Assembly: GCA_003214975.1 (NCBI GenBank)
Contig: QCKZ01000002.1
Location: 165 to 64,164, forward strand
DNA length: 64,000 nucleotides
Source of the DNA: Prochlorococcus sp. AG-412-C21
Lineage (GTDB): Bacteria > Cyanobacteriota > Cyanobacteriia > PCC-6307 > Cyanobiaceae
Reading direction: 5' to 3'
Below the pieces are notes generated by a model. That model was not told the DNA's origin and did no database searches. It saw only the letters and a list, made by a program, of their open reading frames with translations. Position 1 is the first letter of the stretch. Each line of letters starts with the position of its first letter. Positions 31,921-42,539 of this stretch are shown here, piece by piece. The position numbers and the translations under genes were made by a program.

Positions 31921-33504
31921 CTAAATTCTGTTTTGATGAATTTTCAATTTATTTACGTTCAGAAATTTTGTAAGTAAAAAATAAATTACAAAAAAAGTTA
32001 GAGATCCAAATATTAATAATAAAAATTCTCCGAAATTTGAATTAAAGTTATTCGTAGTTTTTAGAATCGTAAAACAAAGTGTGCTATCTATAAATGATGC
32101 TAATGACATGAGGGTAATTTTCTTAAATAAATCCAAGTTAGGCAAATGGATATCTTCATTTCGCAGATTGAAAGAAAGCAAAATACAAACTATAAAGTTT
32201 ACTATTACTGAAGATAAAATTATTCCTACAACTCCAAAGTTATATGGTGAAAGATTCCCAAAATTCTTAAGTGGCGCACCAATTAAAAACCAATCAAAAA
32301 AAATATTAAATATTATCCCTGCGAATGATAACTTAAATGGGAATTTTGTTTTTTCTATTGAGTAGTAAGTTCTTACTAGTAAATCTCTATAAAGATAAAA
32401 AGGTATGCCAACGGCATAAGCAATTAGTATATTCTTCACTTTTAAAGTCGCTGAATAATCAAAAACTCCTCTTTGAAAAACTAACTGTACAATTTGATTA
32501 TTGAATGTTACGAATAATCCAGTTAAAAAAATAGTTGTCAAGAAACAGTACTCTATTCCAGAGATTAAGTTTTTTTGGAGTCCTATTTTGTCTCTATAAC
32601 TTCTCAATTTAGAAAATTTTGGAAGTAATGGCAAAATTAAAGAGTTGGATAATATGCCTAATGGGGCTTGTATAAGAAAGTTTCCGTAAGCCATTCCCGA
32701 TGCTGCTCCTTGAAAACTGGAAGCGAAAAACATATCAATAAAAACATTGATTTGACTTAGACCTGATGTGATAGATGCTGGAATAATTAGTTTGAAAATC
32801 CTCCTCTCTTCATCTTTAAATAATTGGAAGGTTGACTCTAATCTAAAGAGGCCGATTTTATTTATTTCCCAAATTTGAACAATAAATTGAATAAAAGTTC
32901 CTGCCAAAGTTGCAAAAGCTAGTAATCCCGTATAAGTGAGGAAATTTGAAGATGTATTTTGTGGGTTAAAAATCCAACTAAATAAAATAAAAAAAATAGT
33001 AGTTATGCTTGTTATGGCTGGACTTATACTTGATAAAAAGAATTTTCTTCGGGAATTTAAGGCTCCAAAGCTTAAACCTATGAAGCCAGATAAAGGGATA
33101 CAAGGTGTAAGAATTCTTAATTGGTAAGTGGCAATAGATTTAGCTTGGTAACTTAGATTGGGGGCTAATAATTCAATTAATAAACTGGAATTAAAGTAAA
33201 TTAATATAGCTAAACCTAACAATAATATTGAAATTTTTATGCTTACTTGAGTTAGAACAATCCCCCCATTTTTTTTGTTAAGGGGAGTTAGAACTGCAAC
33301 TACCGCATTATGTAAAGGGCCATTAATCCCACCTATTATTATGAGCAAAAAACCTGGAATTATATACGCATAATTAAATGCATCGTATGTTATACCAACC
33401 CCGAAAGCAGCAGCTATAAATATTTGTCTTATACATCCAGCTAATTTACTAAGACCAGTACCAAATGAAATTGAAAAAACATTACTTTTTAAAAATGTAT
33501 GCAT
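31921..33504 (-). CDS. murJ: Lipid II flippase MurJ (MviN)
   Basis: AAAFGVG..YDAFNYAY.IP, GGINGP; many TM helices. Confidence 0.93.
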   Translation of the reverse strand: MHTFLKSNVFSISFGTGLSKLAGCIRQIFIAAAFGVGITYDAFNYAYIIPGFLLIIIGGINGPLHNAVVAVLTPLNKKNGGIVLTQVSIKISILLLGLAILIYFNSSLLIELLAPNLSYQAKSIATYQLRILTPCIPLSGFIGLSFGALNSRRKFFLSSISPAITSITTIFFILFSWIFNPQNTSSNFLTYTGLLAFATLAGTFIQFIVQIWEINKIGLFRLESTFQLFKDEERRIFKLIIPASITSGLSQINVFIDMFFASSFQGAASGMAYGNFLIQAPLGILSNSLILPLLPKFSKLRSYRDKIGLQKNLISGIEYCFLTTIFLTGLFVTFNNQIVQLVFQRGVFDYSATLKVKNILIAYAVGIPFYLYRDLLVRTYYSIEKTKFPFKLSFAGIIFNIFFDWFLIGAPLKNFGNLSPYNFGVVGIILSSVIVNFIVCILLSFNLRNEDIHLPNLDLFKKITLMSLASFIDSTLCFTILKTTNNFNSNFGEFLLLIFGSLTFFVIYFLLTKFLNVNKLKIHQNRI

Positions 33505-33575
33505 TTGGATTTATCTAAAAATTTTCAAGAAGATTAAGTTTCAATTATATTTGTTTTTTAACTAACGGCATATTT

Positions 33576-34316
33576 ATGAATGATCGGATAATTGAATTTG
33601 ATCCATTAATTGAAGGGGTTTTAATTAAGAGGTATAAAAGGTTTCTTGCTGATATTAAATTAGAGAGTGGACAGGTAGTAACTGCTCATTGTGCCAATAC
33701 AGGTCCAATGAAGGGGCTTTTGACAGAGGGGGCAAAAGTAAGAATAAGTGTTTCCTCTTCTCCAAAAAGAAAATTACCTTTTACTTGGGAACAGATATGT
33801 GTTTTAAATGCAAAAAATGAGGAGGTTTGGGTAGGCATTAATACCCTATTTGCGAATAAGTTGATCAAAAAGGTAATTGAGAAAAATTTGCTAAACGAAA
33901 TAATTGGAGAAATAGAGACAATTAAATCTGAAGTTCCTTATGGAAAAGATAAAAAAAGCAGAATTGACTTTTTTTTAACTCCAAAATCTTCAAATCCTGA
34001 TAAACGTAACATTTATATCGAGGTCAAAAATACTACCTGGATTAAAGAAAATGTTGCTCTATTCCCAGATACAGTAACGAAAAGAGGCCAAAAACACCTC
34101 ATAGAATTAAAGGCATTAATTCCTGCAAGTAAAAGTGTTTTAGTCCTTTGTATTACGAGAAAAGACGCTTGTTTCTTTTCTCCTGGAGATGAAGCGGATC
34201 CCTTATACGGCAATCTTTTTAGAGAATCTTTAGGCGCAGGAATGATTCCAATCCCATGTTCCTTTGAATTTCACAACGACCACATAACATGGAATGGAAT
34301 TAAACCTTTGAAATAA
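33576..34316 (+). CDS. sfsA: Sugar fermentation stimulation protein SfsA
   Basis: [39 protein letters not shown]. Confidence 0.95.
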   Translation: MNDRIIEFDPLIEGVLIKRYKRFLADIKLESGQVVTAHCANTGPMKGLLTEGAKVRISVSSSPKRKLPFTWEQICVLNAKNEEVWVGINTLFANKLIKKVIEKNLLNEIIGEIETIKSEVPYGKDKKSRIDFFLTPKSSNPDKRNIYIEVKNTTWIKENVALFPDTVTKRGQKHLIELKALIPASKSVLVLCITRKDACFFSPGDEADPLYGNLFRESLGAGMIPIPCSFEFHNDHITWNGIKPLK

Positions 34317-34400
34317 ATAAAAAAACTTGATATTTTGAAAATTCTAAAAAAAAATTTTTAAATCTAACAAAAAATTTTTTAGGGTGCAACTATAGAAATG

Positions 34401-34414
34401 GTAACAACGACTAC
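34401..34414 (+). promoter_or_regulatory. NtcA box upstream of amt1
   Basis: Perfect GTA-acaacgac-TAC; weak -10-like CAAAAT 23 nt downstream. Confidence 0.8.
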
Positions 34415-34497
34415 TAGACACTAATTAGTTTTTTGAGCAAAATTGAATATGAAAGGAAACAGCACAAACTGTTTTTTTGCAGATCTAATTTTTTTTT

Positions 34498-36012
34498 ATG
34501 ACCACTGCTTTGCATTCGCAGCCAAGATCTAAGCGTTCTCGTCTTCAGGAAGTGAGTCTTCTTGAAGGGCCAATGCTTCTCTTGCGCAGCATTCGTGGCT
34601 TGAGAACAAACCAATCTTTGGTTTGGCTAGCCACAGTACCAATAGCTTTATTTGGCTTAAGTATTTTTACTTTTGCTGCTAAAGCAGGTACTTCCCTTAG
34701 TGATTTAACAGGTCCTCAGGCCGCTTCATTCCTAGCTGATAACCTTTGGTTGTTCGTAGCTACTATTCTTGTAATCTTCATGAACGCTGGTTTCGCCATG
34801 GTTGAAGCCGGTATGTGTAGATCTAAAAACGCTGTAAACATTCTTGCAAAAAATCTTTTTGTATTTGCCTTAGCTGTTACTGCATATTGGGTTGTTGGAT
34901 ACAACCTCATGTATGGTGGTAGCGCTCCTATTGATGGAGTATTTTATTGGGGCGGATTTTTTGTTGATCCTGATCCTTCAGCAGCTCTAGAGTGTGCTGC
35001 AGGTTTAGCTGGAGATGATTGTGTTCAGTTGGTACCTTCTGTAGACTTTCTTTTCCAAGCAGCATTCGCTGGAACTGCTGCTACTATTGTTTCCGGTTTA
35101 GTAGCAGAAAGAGTTAAGTTTGGAGAGTTTGTTATCTTCGCAATTGTTCTTTCAGGTATCATTTATCCAATCTCAGGAAGCTGGGAGTGGAACGGTGGCT
35201 GGTTGAACACTGTTGGTAAAGTAGAATTTATCGATTTTGCTGGCTCATCAATCGTTCACTCTGTTGGCGGATGGGCTGGTCTAGTAGGAGCAATGTTACT
35301 AGGACCAAGAATTGGTAAGTACTTAGATGGTAAACCTCAGGCAATGCCAGGGCATAGCATGGCTCTAGCAACACTTGGTGCATTAATCTTGTGGATTGGT
35401 TGGTATGGATTCAACCCAGGATCAGAGCTTGCAATGGATGAATATGTTGCATACGTTGCTGTTACAACCACATTGGCTGCTGCTGGTGGAGCAATTGCTG
35501 CTACTATCCTTTCAACTTTAACTGCAGGTAAGCCTGACTTGACAATGATTATCAATGGTATTCTTGCAGGTCTGGTAAGTATTACTGCAGGTTGTGGAAA
35601 TATGGGATTTGTAGGAGCATGGGTTGCTGGTGCAGTAGGAGGGATTATTGTTGTATTCTCAGTAGCAGCTTTAGATGCTGCAGAGATTGACGACCCTGTT
35701 GGTGCATTTTCCGTTCACGGTGTATGTGGTGTTTGGGGAACAGTAGTAATTGGTTTATGGGGCGTTGAATCCATGGATCCTGGTGCTGCTGGTATTGGCC
35801 TATTCAATGGTGGAGGAATTGATCAGCTTGGTATTCAGGCTTTAGGTGCTGGTGCTTATGCTATCTGGACTATAGTCACTTGTTGGGTTGCTTGGTCTAT
35901 TATCGGAGGATTATTTGGAGGTATCCGAGTTTCTGAAGAGGAAGAGACCCAAGGTCTTGATATCGGTGAACATGGAATGGAAGCTTATCCTGAATTTGCT
36001 TCAACTAAATAA
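34498..36012 (+). CDS. amt1: Ammonium transporter Amt1
   Basis: FMNAGFAMVEAG, DFAGSSIVH, WIGWYGFNPGS, DDPVGAFSVHG. Confidence 0.98.
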   Translation: MTTALHSQPRSKRSRLQEVSLLEGPMLLLRSIRGLRTNQSLVWLATVPIALFGLSIFTFAAKAGTSLSDLTGPQAASFLADNLWLFVATILVIFMNAGFAMVEAGMCRSKNAVNILAKNLFVFALAVTAYWVVGYNLMYGGSAPIDGVFYWGGFFVDPDPSAALECAAGLAGDDCVQLVPSVDFLFQAAFAGTAATIVSGLVAERVKFGEFVIFAIVLSGIIYPISGSWEWNGGWLNTVGKVEFIDFAGSSIVHSVGGWAGLVGAMLLGPRIGKYLDGKPQAMPGHSMALATLGALILWIGWYGFNPGSELAMDEYVAYVAVTTTLAAAGGAIAATILSTLTAGKPDLTMIINGILAGLVSITAGCGNMGFVGAWVAGAVGGIIVVFSVAALDAAEIDDPVGAFSVHGVCGVWGTVVIGLWGVESMDPGAAGIGLFNGGGIDQLGIQALGAGAYAIWTIVTCWVAWSIIGGLFGGIRVSEEEETQGLDIGEHGMEAYPEFASTK

Positions 36013-36040
36013 TTTAAATAATTGTTTTTTAAATAATAAA

Positions 36041-36069
36041 AGTCTGGCAAATGCCAGGCTTTTTTTTTT
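36041..36069 (+). terminator. Intrinsic terminator after amt1
   Basis: AGTCTGGC-AAAT-GCCAGGCT followed by a T run. Confidence 0.9.
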
Positions 36070-36114
36070 GTTATACATTAATTAAGTCATGTAAATTTGT
36101 AGTAAGATAAAAAT

Positions 36115-37311
36115 ATGGATACACAAGCTTTTAGAAGATCTCTTCATCATTCTGACAGATACAATAGAAGGGGTTTCGATTCTCCAACAAAAAGAGCTCA
36201 AGCGTTAGAAGAAGCTTACCAAAGTGATTTGATAAGTTCTATAAGAGATAATGGTTTTAGTTACACTAAAGGCAGACTAAATATTAAGCTTGCCCAAGCT
36301 TTTGGATTTTGTTGGGGAGTAGAAAGAGCTGTAGCGATGGCTTATGAAACTAGAAGACATTACCCTAATGAAGATATTTGGATAACAAACGAAATAATTC
36401 ATAACCCCTCAGTTAATGACCATTTAAGAAAAATGAATGTAAAATTCATTTCAGCTAAAAATGGAATTAAAGATTATTCATTAGTTTCTAATGGGGATGT
36501 AGTTATATTGCCTGCTTTCGGAGCTACTGTTCAAGAGATGAAACTCCTTCATGAGAAAGGATGCCATATTATAGATACAACTTGTCCTTGGGTTTCTAAG
36601 GTTTGGCATACTGTTGAGAAACATAAAAAACATGTTTTCACATCTATAATTCATGGGAAATTTAAGCATGAAGAGACTCTTGCTACTAGCTCATTTGCAG
36701 GAAAGTATTTAGTTGTACTTGATCTAGAAGAGGCAAATTATGTATCTGAATTTATTCTTGGTCGAGGAAACAGAAATGAGTTTATGAACAAATTTGCTAA
36801 GGCTTGTTCTAATGGATTTGATCCTGATAAAGATTTAGATAGAGTCGGAGTTGCTAACCAGACAACTATGCTCAAAAGTGAGACTGAGGAAATTGGAAAA
36901 GTTTTTGAAAAAACTATGTTAAAAAAATTTGGACCAGAGAACCTAAATAGTCACTTTTTGGCGTTTAATACAATTTGTGACGCAACTGAAGAGAGACAAG
37001 ATGCAATGTTCTCTTTGGTTGATGAAGATCTAGATATTCTGGTTGTTATAGGAGGCTTCAATTCTTCTAATACAACTCATTTACAAGAAATAGCAATTAC
37101 TAAGAATATTTCTTCTTTTCACATAGATACGCCTGAAAGGATATCTGTAGAAGAAAACTCAATATTACATAAACCATTAGGATCAGATTTGGAACTTAAA
37201 AATAATTTTTTACCTAGTGGAAATATTAATGTTGGAATTACTTCAGGTGCATCTACTCCTGACAAGGTAGTTGCTGATGTTATTGAAAAATTAACTGATA
37301 TAGCTTCCTAA
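36115..37311 (+). CDS. ispH: 4-hydroxy-3-methylbut-2-enyl diphosphate reductase
   Basis: [33 protein letters not shown]. Confidence 0.97.
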   Translation: MDTQAFRRSLHHSDRYNRRGFDSPTKRAQALEEAYQSDLISSIRDNGFSYTKGRLNIKLAQAFGFCWGVERAVAMAYETRRHYPNEDIWITNEIIHNPSVNDHLRKMNVKFISAKNGIKDYSLVSNGDVVILPAFGATVQEMKLLHEKGCHIIDTTCPWVSKVWHTVEKHKKHVFTSIIHGKFKHEETLATSSFAGKYLVVLDLEEANYVSEFILGRGNRNEFMNKFAKACSNGFDPDKDLDRVGVANQTTMLKSETEEIGKVFEKTMLKKFGPENLNSHFLAFNTICDATEERQDAMFSLVDEDLDILVVIGGFNSSNTTHLQEIAITKNISSFHIDTPERISVEENSILHKPLGSDLELKNNFLPSGNINVGITSGASTPDKVVADVIEKLTDIAS

Positions 37312-37416
37312 ATTTGAATTTTCATCTAAAACTTTGCTTAGTTTTTTTAATTTATTACACAGACATTTCCTAAAGATCTACTTTATTAACTAGAATAATG
37401 AAAAAATTTATGAAGT

Positions 37417-37977
37417 ATGGAAGACAAAACACAGACTAATCAGGTTCAAACAGCCAGTATGAATAGGACTAAAGCTCCCCAAAAAGTTGAAGTTGTTGTT
37501 GCTAATTCATCTGCAGGGTCAGAAGTAAATATCCTTGGTGAACTATCAATTTTTGTTTTAAGAATTGGGTTTTGTGCTTTGATGATTCATCATGGGCTAG
37601 AGAAACTTCAGGATCCTCAGGGTTTTGCCCAGTTTGTAGTCGGTAAGTACTTCCCATTTTTGCCGGGTGATCCAGTTATTTGGACATTTGGAGCAGCTAT
37701 TACTCAATTAGTTTGTCCCTTAGGATTGGCTTTAGGTATTTTTGCAAGGCTTTCTTCTCTTGGACTTTTCTCCACAATGGTATTTGCTGTTTATTTTCAT
37801 ATTCTAGATACTGGACTAGAAGGTTTTCCTCTGGCAGTTGTTGAAGGCCACAACTATGCCTTCGAATTGTCTTTTATATATGGTGCTATTTCTCTATACT
37901 TTCTATGCGCAGGACCAGGCAGACTCTCTTTATTTAGAAAGACTAATAAGATTACATATTATCCAAAATCAAATTAA
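37417..37977 (+). CDS. DoxX family membrane protein
   Basis: LRIG...HHGLEKL, GPGRLSL; four TM helices. Confidence 0.85.
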   Translation: MEDKTQTNQVQTASMNRTKAPQKVEVVVANSSAGSEVNILGELSIFVLRIGFCALMIHHGLEKLQDPQGFAQFVVGKYFPFLPGDPVIWTFGAAITQLVCPLGLALGIFARLSSLGLFSTMVFAVYFHILDTGLEGFPLAVVEGHNYAFELSFIYGAISLYFLCAGPGRLSLFRKTNKITYYPKSN

Positions 37978-37978
37978 T

Positions 37979-39532
37979 CTAATGCAAAAAATGCCTTTTT
38001 TTTGTAAATACCATTGAGATCCCTTTTGAATTACACATATCAATACTTTCTTGGTCTCTTAAACTTCCTCCAGGCTGGATAATAGCTTTTATTCCATACT
38101 TATTTGCAAGTTCTACAGTATCTGCAAATGGAAAAAAACCATCGCTTGCTAAAACAGCTTCAGAGCATAATCCTTTAGCTGCTTTTAGTGCAATTTTTGC
38201 AGCTCCAACTCTATTCATTTGTCCAGCTCCAATTCCAATAGTTTTTTGGTCTTTTGCTATTACAATTGCATTTGACTTTACGTGTTTACAGATTTTCCAT
38301 GCAAAATTCAGATCTAAGTTCATCTGATCGTTGGGATTCTTTTTAGTTACTGAAGTCCAACTTTCAGTTTTATCTTTACTATCATCTGTTTCTTGAACTA
38401 GTAATCCCCCCATTATTGATTTAGTAGAAGTTTGTTTCTTGTTTGGAAGAATATCTTTTGATAACTTTATAATTCTTAAATTCTTTTTGATTTTTAAAAT
38501 CTCTAAAGCTTCTTCATCAAAAGATGGAGCGACAACACATTCTAAGAAAATATCTTTAAGGTTCAATGCAGTTTGACTATCAACATTTGAATTGAAAGCA
38601 ACTATCCCTCCGAATGCACTAATTGAGTCGCATTCTAAAGCATTCAAAAATGCTTGAGAGGCGGAATTACTTACAGAGGCACCACAAGGATTATTGTGTT
38701 TTAGAATTATAGAAGCAAACTTGTTTGTAGTTAGAATATCTTTTTCTTCGTAGCCAAATTCTAAAACTGTTGAAAGCGCAGACTCAAGATCTAATAGATT
38801 GTTATAACTTAACTCTTTACCTTGTAATTGTTCTGCTGAGTTCCATCCAATGTTGCTTACACCATACCAAAAAGCCTTTTGATGAGGATTTTCCCCATAT
38901 CTTAAGGTTTTGATTAGTGGATAAGATTCAATATATTTGGAAGATTGCAAATCTCTTTCTTTACTTATCCAATTGGATATTGCAATGTCATAGTCAGCTG
39001 TATGTTGAAAAGCTTCAAAAGCTAATTTTGCTTTATATGATTCATGTAGAGCATCTTTTTCAATTTGTTCAAGAAATTCTTGATATTGACTAGGATCTAC
39101 TAAAACGGAAACGTCTTTATGATTTTTAGCTGCAGAGCGAATCATTGATGGCCCTCCGATATCGATATTTTCAATAGCATCTTCCCATTTAGATCCTTTC
39201 TCAACAGTTTTCTTAAAAGGATATAAATTGACAACTACTAAGTCAATTAGTTCAAGAGCGTTAGCTTCTATATCTTTTTTATGATCCTCATCAGTTCTTT
39301 TAGCTAATATTCCTCCGTGGATCTTTGGATGTAAAGTTTTTACTCTTCCTCCAAGTATTTCTGGAGAATCAGTAAAATCTGCTACTTTAATAACTGGAAT
39401 TTTCGCCTCTATAAGATGTTTGGCAGTTCCTCCACTTGATAGAATTTTATAATTAAATTTTTCTACCAATTCTATACAAAATGGGATTATATTTTTTTTA
39501 TCAGAGACACTTATTAAGGCTAATGGGGACAT
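37979..39532 (-). CDS. purH: Bifunctional AICAR transformylase/IMP cyclohydrolase
   Basis: ALISVSDK, GRVKTLHP, RYGENPHQ, ASDGFFPF, RHFLH. Confidence 0.98.
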   Translation of the reverse strand: MSPLALISVSDKKNIIPFCIELVEKFNYKILSSGGTAKHLIEAKIPVIKVADFTDSPEILGGRVKTLHPKIHGGILAKRTDEDHKKDIEANALELIDLVVVNLYPFKKTVEKGSKWEDAIENIDIGGPSMIRSAAKNHKDVSVLVDPSQYQEFLEQIEKDALHESYKAKLAFEAFQHTADYDIAISNWISKERDLQSSKYIESYPLIKTLRYGENPHQKAFWYGVSNIGWNSAEQLQGKELSYNNLLDLESALSTVLEFGYEEKDILTTNKFASIILKHNNPCGASVSNSASQAFLNALECDSISAFGGIVAFNSNVDSQTALNLKDIFLECVVAPSFDEEALEILKIKKNLRIIKLSKDILPNKKQTSTKSIMGGLLVQETDDSKDKTESWTSVTKKNPNDQMNLDLNFAWKICKHVKSNAIVIAKDQKTIGIGAGQMNRVGAAKIALKAAKGLCSEAVLASDGFFPFADTVELANKYGIKAIIQPGGSLRDQESIDMCNSKGISMVFTKKRHFLH

Positions 39533-39565
39533 TATGGAAAAGTTTACTTACTTAAGAATATAAAC

Positions 39566-40070
39566 ATGAAATACGATATCGATCATGAATTTGTCTCGAT
39601 TAGCTCTCAAACTGCAACTCATAGAATTATTTTATTACATGGTTGGGGAGCTGATGCAGATGACCTTTTAACATTTGGAAAGGAGATAACAGAAAAAATA
39701 AATCTTAATTTTGAGGTAATTAAAAAAATTTGATACTGATCAGATATCACTTAGAAAAACAATTTTGCTGGGGTTCTCTCAGGGGGCAGCTATGGCAATT
39801 GATACAGGATTTAAATTAAATTTAGGATTAATTGTTGCTTGTAGTGGTTATCCTCACCCAAACTGGGTGCCAGGAGAAAAATGCCCACCATTGATTGTTA
39901 GTCATGGCTTATTTGATGACGTGGTGCCTATAGATGCTTCTAGGATTATTTATGAAACGGTAAAAAGTAAGACTTCTAAATTTTGTGAATTAGTAGAATT
40001 TGATGGATTCCATCAAATTGATTCACAATTAATTGATTTTATAAGTTCAAATATGAGTAATATTTTTTAA
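39566..40070 (+). pseudogene. Phospholipase/carboxylesterase (alpha/beta hydrolase), disrupted by a frameshifting internal deletion near 39720
   Basis: 5' part MKYD...LLHGWGAD...FEVI stops at TGA 39731-39733; 3' part LKKFD...GFSQG...HG.FDDVVP...GFH is in another frame. Confidence 0.85.
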
Positions 40071-40435
40071 ACGAAAGCATATTCGTATTCTTCAATCTCT
40101 TCCCAATCATCTGCTGTAAGTTCTAGACCTTCAAATATTTTCTCTTCACCAATTCCTTCAACTACGACTTTTAGTGATGGAAATAAAAAATGGTTTTCTT
40201 CAGCATATTGTGCGCTAAATAAACCTTTTTCACCCCAAAAGAATCTATCAGTAGTATGTTCATTTCTTCGGACGTTGAATACCGAAGGAGCAGACAACGC
40301 ATTTTCAGCTATGAATCTTCTTGCAGCAGTAACTGGTTTATGTTTGCCGGTTTCGATATGATAAATAGGTACATGGGCCATGACTCTTTGACCAGCCAAT
40401 CTTCTTCTGCTGATTCTTTTCCTTTTTTTTGACAT
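40067..40435 (-). CDS. DUF3155 conserved cyanobacterial protein
   Basis: Basic N-terminus, HKPVTAARRFI, RNEHTTDRFFWGEKGLFSAQYAEENHFLFPSL. Confidence 0.88.
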   Translation of the reverse strand: MSKKRKRISRRRLAGQRVMAHVPIYHIETGKHKPVTAARRFIAENALSAPSVFNVRRNEHTTDRFFWGEKGLFSAQYAEENHFLFPSLKVVVEGIGEEKIFEGLELTADDWEEIEEYEYAFV

Positions 40436-40519
40436 TGATTGGTACTCCTGAAATTATTAATGAGATTAGTTTTATTTTTTTTGCTAATCTTATATCTGTG
40501 ATTTTAAACTCACTTCAAT

Positions 40520-40602
40520 TACATAGAGGACCCATCAACCTCTGATGTAGCTTAAAATATGATCAAATGTTCATATTTAAGGCTGGCGAAAGTCAGACCT
40601 CT
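40520..40602. ncRNA. Candidate structured RNA (three hairpins) between the DUF3155 gene and the kinase
   Basis: Stems TACATAGAGG/CCTCTGATGTA, CTTAAAATATGA/TCATATTTAAG and AGGCTGGC-GAAA-GTCAGACCT. Confidence 0.5.
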
Positions 40603-40684
40603 TTATATATCTTAATACTTTTTTCAGATTTTACAAGCCTTTTTCAGATTTTTCTCTAAAAAATTACTCACAATTTCATTAATC

Positions 40685-41821
40685 ATGAATCTCTCTAAGA
40701 AATTTGAAGAATTAATTTTAAAACAGCTAGAGAGTTTTGGTTGTTCTTTGGGAGTAACTCATTTAGTTATGTATCTTGCTTCAGCTAAACAAGGAACCAA
40801 AGCAACTTTTGAAATTCTTGGTCAATGGCCACAAATTGATAGACTTTTAATATCAATAGAAGATGATCCTTCACTAAAAGTTTCTTCTCCTAATAGAAGG
40901 TGGTACCCTCTTCAAGAAAACGATATTTTACTTGGTGTTCTTAGGGTAGAAACTGATTTAAAAGAGGGAAATTGGCCTGTATTGCTTGATACTAGATTAA
41001 AGGCGCTATCAATATCTTTAGCTAAATGTGTAGCTATAGAATTAGAACGTCAAAATAAAAATGAAGAAATCAATTTTTTGAAAAATCAGGTTAATGTTGT
41101 AATCCATCAATTAAGGAACCCATTGGCTGCTCTTAGAACATATGCAAAATTACTAATAAAAAGACTTGGTTCAGATGATGACTCTATTGAATTAGTCGAA
41201 CGCATGATGATAGAGCAAAAACAAATTAATCAATATATGAGCTCTTTTGAGAAATTAAATTCACCTATTCAACTTCCTTTAGAAATAGCAGAAGAAAGAT
41301 TATTATTGCCCCCAAATTTAGATAATAAAAAGGTAATAACTGTTCAAATTTTATTGAGGCCAATTTTAGAAAGAGGAAAAGCTAATGCGAAATTAGAGAA
41401 TAGAGATTGGACAGAACCTTCTCTTTGGCCAGATTGGACTTTGGCTCCAGTAAATGCAAAATATGTTGTAATTGCTGAGATTGTTGCCAATTTATTAGAA
41501 AATGCTTTTAAGTATGCTAAAAAAGACGCTGAGATTGGAATCGCCATAACGAGTAAAGGTCTTTGTATATTTGATGATGGCAAAAAAATATCAAAAAATG
41601 AGAATGAGAAGATTTTTCAAAAAGGTTTTAGAGGATCTGCTTCCAAGAAGAAGGATGGCACTGGTGTGGGACTTTTTTTAGCGAGAAAATTAGCACAACA
41701 AATTGGGGGAGATTTGAAGTTGCTTGAAAAGTCCTCAATTAATGTTGTCGAGGAATTAAAAAATCTTAATAAGAAAAATATTTTCTATTTAGAACTTCCT
41801 ACAAAAGAATTGCATGCATGA
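40685..41821 (+). CDS. Soluble sensor histidine kinase (Hik2/CSK-like)
   Basis: H-box HQLRNPLAALRTYAKLL, N-box NLLENAFKY, G2 GTGVGL; GAF-like N-terminus, no TM segment. Confidence 0.88.
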   Translation: MNLSKKFEELILKQLESFGCSLGVTHLVMYLASAKQGTKATFEILGQWPQIDRLLISIEDDPSLKVSSPNRRWYPLQENDILLGVLRVETDLKEGNWPVLLDTRLKALSISLAKCVAIELERQNKNEEINFLKNQVNVVIHQLRNPLAALRTYAKLLIKRLGSDDDSIELVERMMIEQKQINQYMSSFEKLNSPIQLPLEIAEERLLLPPNLDNKKVITVQILLRPILERGKANAKLENRDWTEPSLWPDWTLAPVNAKYVVIAEIVANLLENAFKYAKKDAEIGIAITSKGLCIFDDGKKISKNENEKIFQKGFRGSASKKKDGTGVGLFLARKLAQQIGGDLKLLEKSSINVVEELKNLNKKNIFYLELPTKELHA

Positions 41822-42539
41822 ATAATATTGCAGTTTCTACAAGTACTACACTTGCACCACAAGCATCTCCATTGAAACCTCCAATTTTATTACCTAGCAT
41901 ATTTGGAATAAAATAACTTAAAAAAATACTAATTAAAATAAGAAATAAAAATTTAATTAATATTGCCTTGGATGTAATTGAAACTAATTGGTATGCAATA
42001 AAAATTAAAAGAAAAATAATGGAAATAAAAGATTCTTTTTTAAATCCATTCCAAAATTTTTTATGACTAATAGATTTTTTCTTATAACTAATATATTTAA
42101 ACCTTTCTATAAAAAATAAATTTGAAAATCTGCCCCAAAATAAGCATATCGGCAAAACAATAATTATTTGGTTTTGAATTTTGAGTAGGCAAGCAATTTG
42201 AATTAAAGTTATAAAAACTAAAGATTGAATGCCAAAGGCCCCAACTTTACTGTCTTTCATGGCTTTTAAACGTTTCTTTTTGCCCGCAAAAATACCATCG
42301 AAAGTATCCATTAAACCATCTAGGTGTAGACCACCAGTAATTAAATATCCTGAAGCCAAACAAATTAATGCAGATGCGTAAATTGACCAAGAGTTTGCTC
42401 TTAAAAAAATAAAAATATAACTCTGTATTGTTCCAATAAAAAATCCTAAAGGTGGCGCAAATTGTGCAATATTTTTAAATTCGGGATTAATTAAAGGTAT
42501 CTTTGGAAATGTCGTATAGAAAATCCAAGATCCTGCCAA
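41799..42539 (-). CDS. cobS: Adenosylcobinamide-GDP ribazoletransferase
   Basis: TGGLHLDGLMDTFDG, AMKDSKVGAFG, GGFNGDACGA. Confidence 0.95.
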   Translation of the reverse strand: MAGSWIFYTTFPKIPLINPEFKNIAQFAPPLGFFIGTIQSYIFIFLRANSWSIYASALICLASGYLITGGLHLDGLMDTFDGIFAGKKKRLKAMKDSKVGAFGIQSLVFITLIQIACLLKIQNQIIIVLPICLFWGRFSNLFFIERFKYISYKKKSISHKKFWNGFKKESFISIIFLLIFIAYQLVSITSKAILIKFLFLILISIFLSYFIPNMLGNKIGGFNGDACGASVVLVETAILFMHAILL

